A stretch of DNA of 58,428 bases. Origin: a virus (Duplodnaviria; Caudoviricetes). A program made the translations under genes and the position numbers. Within the stretch, counting starts at the first letter, position 1. Each line of letters begins with the position of its first letter. Shown here piece by piece: positions 53,613 to 58,428 of this stretch. The DNA lies in the IMG/VR virus record IMGVR_UViG_3300035180_000124, positions 1-58,428 of that record. One strand, written 5' to 3'. The notes beneath the pieces are model-generated. The model was not told the origin of the DNA. It was given only the letters and a program-made list of their open reading frames with translations, and made no database searches.

Positions 53613-54317
53613 ATGTTTGTGTACGTTTGGAAAGATGCCGCCGGAGTCCCGTTTTACGTTGGTATGGGGCAAAACATTCGCCGCCCAAGCCCAAAAAGCC
53701 TCGGCCACCGCAACAAAGCCTGCGCACTTAAAGTGCAGGGACTCGGGGCAGACAGTGTAGTTATTGAACTTCATACAGTGCCTGATGTTACCGCAGCAAG
53801 GGCTTTGGAGCAATCGCTTATAGCCAAGTACGGTCGTGTTGTCGATGGGTCTGGAACCCTTACTAACCTATCTGTAGGGGGAGAATTCCATGAAACTGCC
53901 GAGAGCACCAAGGCGCGTTTAAAAGCTTTGTGGGCGGACGAAGCGCACAGGGGAAAAGTTATAGAGGCCAAGACTGGAAAAACACGGGTACTCCAAGAAA
54001 GCACTAAGGAGTTTTTACGCCAAAACGTAGCTGCCAACCCTGCTATGAAGGGGTGGGGCGAGCGTAACGGAATTGACGCCGAGTTTGATGCGAAACGAAT
54101 TGCTGGAATACAAGCCGCCCAGCCCAAACGTGCTGAAAAGATGCGTGACCCCGTAGCACTAGCCCAGCGCAAAGAGCGCCTTAAGGCCACGCTCAATTCT
54201 CCTGAGTACAAGGCTAAGCGGGCCATTTGGGATACCCCGGAGTACCGTGCAAAGTTGTCGGAGAATAAAAAGGCATACTGGGCTACGAAAAAGCTCGCGT
54301 CCCAGACCGGTCAATAA
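53613..54317 (+). mobile_element. Free-standing GIY-YIG-like homing endonuclease gene, antisense to late operon
   Basis: AAGGAG RBS; VYVW...PFYVGMG...R...E..LI...LTN, then basic helical repeats. Confidence 0.75.
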
Positions 54318-54705
54318 TAAGAGCCTGTCGGCGAGGTTTTAGGGCTGCAGAGTTAGGCACGCTGATGTGCGTCCAAGCATCGAACTCACGGATGATCTGG
54401 TCAAACGGCAGGTTGGCAGCGAGGACTGCACGGACAACTGCATCAGGGGTCATACCGGGCACACGGATGTCTGCAGCGCAACCCAGTCGGTGCTGAGAGG
54501 TGTCTTTAGAACCAACGGCGTCATTGACCGCTTTAGATCGGAACGCAGAGTTGACCATGAGGGGTTTACCTATAAGCACCACCTTGACCAGCTCCAGAAA
54601 CTCAGCCAGTCGTTGAAGGTTGGCTTTCTCTTGGTCATTAGGCGTGTTGTCCAGCGTGCGGTGGTCGGTGTGGGTCAGCTCCTCAAGGGAGAAGTGCTCG
54701 GTCAT
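54283..54705 (-). CDS. Endolysin, peptidase M15 family
   Basis: HFSLEEL, SAFRS..VN..VG, SQH..G.AAD and W.H.S motifs. Confidence 0.88.
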   Translation of the reverse strand: MTEHFSLEELTHTDHRTLDNTPNDQEKANLQRLAEFLELVKVVLIGKPLMVNSAFRSKAVNDAVGSKDTSQHRLGCAADIRVPGMTPDAVVRAVLAANLPFDQIIREFDAWTHISVPNSAALKPRRQALIIDRSGTRAFS

Positions 54706-55199
54706 TTCAGGATTTCCTTAGCCATTACGTCCGACTTGTCCTTGCTGGATTTGCTGGAGCCGTAGAAGAAGCTGATGATCGTGGCCACGGCAGTGCCGAG
54801 CAGGAAGCCCAGAATGATGTTGCCAAAGTCCTTGCCGCTGGCTGGAACTGTACCAAATGTTATAGCGAAGAAGTAGGCCATTGAGCCTACCGACCAGAAC
54901 CACGCGAACCAGTAGATGAAGTGCTTGGCAAACTTGTCCTCTTGGTTGAGGGCAGTCTCCTGCATGTGACGGGCGCTGTCCCGGTCTTGGTTCTCCAGCT
55001 CGAACTGACGTAGGTCTAGTTCAGCCAGTTTGGTCGCCGCTTCCGGGTCGCCAGCGATGGCTTTAGCCACAGCTTCCACAGAATCTTCAACGCCAAATTT
55101 ACTAGCAATAGCAGACACAGCAAGACCACCGAGAGGCCCGCCAACAGCAGTAGCAACGGCAGGAGCAATACCTTTGAGAAGGTTGAGTAGAGTTTCCAT
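54702..55199 (-). CDS. Putative holin
   Basis: APAVATAVGGPLGG, DRDSAR, two C-terminal hydrophobic segments and FFYGSS; adjacent to the endolysin. Confidence 0.75.
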   Translation of the reverse strand: METLLNLLKGIAPAVATAVGGPLGGLAVSAIASKFGVEDSVEAVAKAIAGDPEAATKLAELDLRQFELENQDRDSARHMQETALNQEDKFAKHFIYWFAWFWSVGSMAYFFAITFGTVPASGKDFGNIILGFLLGTAVATIISFFYGSSKSSKDKSDVMAKEILK

Positions 55200-55200
55200 A

Positions 55201-55683
55201 TCATCTCCGAATGAAGTCAACGTATTCCATTGTGCCCCAAGCGACTAGGGTAACGAGGGCCGCAGCAGCCACGGCGAGGAGCACCAGCTCGATGACCTCT
55301 TCAATCTCCTTCTTGCGCTTCGCTTTGGCCTTGTCCATAGCTATTTCCTCAGATTTGCGTTTGGCTACGATCGAGTTGCGCTCAATCATGATGGCCTGCC
55401 AGACATCGGCGTGCCCCGTCCAGATCATGTGCTGCTTAAGCTCGTTCTCGGCATCCTGCAACTGCTTGGCGTGCATCACCGTCTCAAAGGCCCTTGCGGT
55501 ATCGGACTGGCCAAACGTGCTCTTCTTGGGGTCGGCTGCGGCTTTGGCCACAACGTCCTTCGCCTCAAAGAACTTCATCAAATCACCGCTGATGCCCTGT
55601 AAGTCCTTGCCCATCTTAATAGCGGCTTGGACTCCCTTGATAGCTGCTTGCGCAGCCGCAAAAGCGGTGATCGGGTCGATCAT
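55201..55683 (-). CDS. Membrane-anchored protein in lysis module
   Basis: MIDPITAFA N-terminus, coiled coil and a C-terminal hydrophobic segment. Confidence 0.7.
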   Translation of the reverse strand: MIDPITAFAAAQAAIKGVQAAIKMGKDLQGISGDLMKFFEAKDVVAKAAADPKKSTFGQSDTARAFETVMHAKQLQDAENELKQHMIWTGHADVWQAIMIERNSIVAKRKSEEIAMDKAKAKRKKEIEEVIELVLLAVAAAALVTLVAWGTMEYVDFIRR

Positions 55684-57065
55684 GGATGGGCTGCTTTGTA
55701 CTCGTCGAACTTAGCCTTCAGCTCTTTGATGGCATTTACCAACACCGCAAGCAAGGCCTGATCGTTGAAGCGCAACTTATCCATGTCGTCCGCATCCACG
55801 ATGACGGGAGTATCACCTTCCAGCTCCAACACGTCCTGCGCCTTGAAGCCGTAACGTACAGGGCCGTGACCTTCCGTGGCGTCGCGGTTTTCCTTGTAGC
55901 GGTACGCGGTTGGCTGCAACTTGGACACAAAATCCAAGCCGTGCGGGACATCGGCAAAATCTGTTTTATCTCGTGCATCGGATACCACCGTCCAAGCCAC
56001 TTGAATGTAAGCGTTGGTTACAGACGTAGAGCCCATGACAACCCGGTCATTATTTGCCTGAACATTAAACGCAGGGGAGTCTGCACCCGCCGAGGTATAC
56101 GTCCCAACAATAACATTCCCAGAACCAGTAGCTAAGTACCCGGCCCCATTACCAATAGTGGTGTTATAGTTACCGGAAATGTTACTCGATAGCGTCAAGT
56201 AGCCTACTGCTACATTGTAGGTACCCGTTGTATTTTGCTGAAATGCTTGTGCGCCTACTGCTACATTGTTGGTTCCCGAAGTATTAGATGCTAAAGCGTT
56301 TGCGCCAACTGCTACGTTACTTACTCCTGTACTGGCTGCCAAAGCGTTAAACCCAACCGCAGTGTTGGCAGACCCCGTTGTATTAGCTGCTAAAGCGTTT
56401 GAGCCAACTGCTACGTTACTTACTCCTGTAGTGTTTGCAGTAAGTGCGGATGCCCCAACAGCAGTTACATTAGTAGCAGTACTAGCTTGAAGTGCTAGAT
56501 ACCCCACCGCAGTATTGAAGTTAGCCCCTACTGCCGTCTGTAGCGCATTATTACCTATTGCCACATTCCCAATCCCGGTACAACTTTTTAATGCGCTATT
56601 GCCAATTGCTATTTGGTTGGTACCTGTACTAATAACTCCAGCAACTACTTTTACATAATCTGTACCGTTCCAAGCAACGATAGTGTGTTCACCGTCAATT
56701 AAAGTAACGCCCGTAGTTGGGGTCACGCCGCGCACTGTGAGCAAAAACCCACCAGTGCCCGCATTGTTGATTAGGTAGTACTTACTGGTGACCGGCAAGT
56801 TCAGGTTGTGTGCCGCAGTTTTAGCGCCGCTGATATTCAGGATGGCGTATTGGGCAGTTGTTGCGCCGATGTTCGTCACCGTGCTAGTGCCCGCTGTTTT
56901 TGTTAGCGTAACGTCAGCAGTGGTGATGGAGACAGCTAGGCCGCCAGCAATGGCGATGTCCATGTAGGAGGTCAAGCCATTGTCTACAACATCACCCCAA
57001 GTACCCGACTCAGTGCCGGTAGTGATGATGGGTAGGCTTAATAGCGCGGTAGGTGTAATCGTCAT
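55680..57065 (-). CDS. Tail fibre with NxAxG repeats and C-terminal peptidase S74 chaperone
   Basis: ~13-14-aa N(V/T)A(V/I)G..AL repeats; SDARDK, GFKAQDV and VLVNAIKEL. Confidence 0.88.
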   Translation of the reverse strand: MTITPTALLSLPIITTGTESGTWGDVVDNGLTSYMDIAIAGGLAVSITTADVTLTKTAGTSTVTNIGATTAQYAILNISGAKTAAHNLNLPVTSKYYLINNAGTGGFLLTVRGVTPTTGVTLIDGEHTIVAWNGTDYVKVVAGVISTGTNQIAIGNSALKSCTGIGNVAIGNNALQTAVGANFNTAVGYLALQASTATNVTAVGASALTANTTGVSNVAVGSNALAANTTGSANTAVGFNALAASTGVSNVAVGANALASNTSGTNNVAVGAQAFQQNTTGTYNVAVGYLTLSSNISGNYNTTIGNGAGYLATGSGNVIVGTYTSAGADSPAFNVQANNDRVVMGSTSVTNAYIQVAWTVVSDARDKTDFADVPHGLDFVSKLQPTAYRYKENRDATEGHGPVRYGFKAQDVLELEGDTPVIVDADDMDKLRFNDQALLAVLVNAIKELKAKFDEYKAAHP

Positions 57066-57073
57066 GTGTTACC

Positions 57074-58426
57074 TCAATTTGTTACTTCTTGCCAGTCTGC
57101 ACCTTGCTCGGTGTCTACGTCGCCCCAGTTAGGGCCTTGCTCGGTACCGACGGGTTGCCAATTAGCGGGCTGCGCATCGCTCACTTGAGTCCAGCCTGCC
57201 GCCTGTGTATTTGGCACGGTTCCCCAATTTGCGCTCTGCGCACTGCTTAGTGTACTCCAGTTAGGAGTCTGCGTGTCAACTACGCCCTGCCAGCCTGCAG
57301 CCTGAGAATCGTCAATACCCGTCCATCCCGGAGTCTGCGGGTTGGAAATTGGTGCCCAGCCGGGGTTCTGTGCATCGTTGATACCGGCCCAGTTCGGGGT
57401 CTGGCCGTCCGGTATTACCGCCCAGTCAGCGTTCTGCGCATCGTCAATGATGTCCCAGAAGGATTTTGTAACCCCAAGGACGCCCACGTTACCGGTGGCC
57501 TGCACGCCCTGAAGGACAAGCGCTTTGACCGCTGCGATATACCCTGCGGCGGCTTCAGAAGTTACACCTGTGAGTGCGACCGTACGGTTGTTGCCTAGAT
57601 TACCCGTTGCGCCTGCGGCAGTTACGGCAGTTACGCCATTTAATGTTCTAAACCCAGTATCCCCTACCTCGCCGATGATTACTAGGCCATCACCACCCCA
57701 AACATCAGACCCCCAAGAACTTTTGCCCCATCCACCACCAATGGCCACAGTGGAGTTGGCAGCAGGAGTACCAGCAGTACCCGAAGCAACTACCCCCGTA
57801 AGTGCTATAGCACGATCTACAGTTGGGGTTCCAACAGAACCAGAGGTTTCAACCCCTGTGAGCTGCGGTACAAACACAACGGTGCCAACTTCACCAAAAA
57901 TGCTAGTTCCTGAACCCCAAGCCCCTGCGCCCCAAGCGCCCGTGCCCCACCCGTCACCGATAGCAACAGTAGAGTTAGCAGCGGGAGTACCTGCAGCGCC
58001 CGAAGCACTAGCACCTGTGAGAGCAAAAGACTTACTGAACCCCAGTTGGCCAACAGAACCAGAAGCTTCAACTCCTGTGAGCTGCGGTGCAAACACAATA
58101 GTGCCCACTTCACCTGTAGCCGCAGATGTAGCACCGCCCCAAACACCTGCACCCCAAGCACCTGTGCCCCAGCCCGGAACGATAGCTACTGTGGAACTAA
58201 CTGCGAGTTGGCCAACTGCACCAGAAGCACTAGCACCTGTGAGTGCAAAAGACTTGCTGAACCCCAGTTGGCCAACCTCACCAGAAGCTTCGACCCCCGA
58301 GAGTTGAGGAGCATACGCAACCGTACCAACTTCACCTGTAGCCGCAGATGTAGCACCGCCCCAAACACCTGCACCCCAAGCACCTGTACCCCAGCCCGGA
58401 ACGATAGCTACTGTGGAACTAACTGC
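57074..58426 (-). CDS. Repeat-rich virion/tail protein, C-terminal part (open to window end)
   Basis: The frame is open from 58426, with 74-aa tandem units and a C-terminal 11-aa W..Q repeat. Repeats match those of 1-879. Confidence 0.85.
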   Translation of the reverse strand, partial: AVSSTVAIVPGWGTGAWGAGVWGGATSAATGEVGTVAYAPQLSGVEASGEVGQLGFSKSFALTGASASGAVGQLAVSSTVAIVPGWGTGAWGAGVWGGATSAATGEVGTIVFAPQLTGVEASGSVGQLGFSKSFALTGASASGAAGTPAANSTVAIGDGWGTGAWGAGAWGSGTSIFGEVGTVVFVPQLTGVETSGSVGTPTVDRAIALTGVVASGTAGTPAANSTVAIGGGWGKSSWGSDVWGGDGLVIIGEVGDTGFRTLNGVTAVTAAGATGNLGNNRTVALTGVTSEAAAGYIAAVKALVLQGVQATGNVGVLGVTKSFWDIIDDAQNADWAVIPDGQTPNWAGINDAQNPGWAPISNPQTPGWTGIDDSQAAGWQGVVDTQTPNWSTLSSAQSANWGTVPNTQAAGWTQVSDAQPANWQPVGTEQGPNWGDVDTEQGADWQEVTN

Positions 58427-58428
58427 GA
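57985..58428. repeat. 222-bp (74-codon) tandem repeat
   Basis: ...GTGGAACTAACTGCGA ends at both 58206 and 58428, with near-identical flanking sequence. Confidence 0.85.

Noticed and set aside
1-58428. tRNA genes, integrase, RNA polymerase, alternative genetic code
   Set aside because: None was recognised by eye, and genes tile fully under the standard code. tRNAscan-SE and HMM searches would be needed to exclude them formally.

Overview
This window looks like a near-complete (~58 kb) dsDNA tailed-phage genome with podovirus-like architecture. Both contig ends fall inside the same repeat-rich virion gene, so the genome is probably circular or permuted and broke there during assembly. The minus-strand late module holds TerS, TerL, portal, a GroES-like chaperonin, scaffold, major capsid, head-tail proteins and a cluster of small basic proteins (1-15224). 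It continues with a tail fibre, lysis genes, a tail protein, ejected proteins and a 3112-aa polyvalent protein (36833-58428). The plus-strand early/replication module (15723-36876) holds many small ORFs, an M28-like peptidase, VRR-NUC, a family A DNA polymerase (Leu762), a Cas4-like exonuclease, HNH, an SNF2 helicase, an SSB-like protein, an HTH protein and a primase-helicase. I recognised no integrase, RNA polymerase, reverse transcriptase, tRNA or CRISPR array. The most unusual signals are non-coding. (1) A promoter- and terminator-bounded candidate sRNA is complementary to the RBS and start codon of several of the phage's own early genes. (2) Six copies of an 18-bp palindrome lie in the early region. 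(3) A ~270-bp nested inverted repeat surrounds an AT-rich core. (4) A duplicated leader hairpin shows a compensatory base change. (5) A pseudoknotted leader follows the capsid gene. (6) A long hairpin precedes the HTH gene. (7) An inverted pair of perfect DnaA boxes precedes the replication genes. All family assignments come from motifs recognised by eye; no database searches were run.
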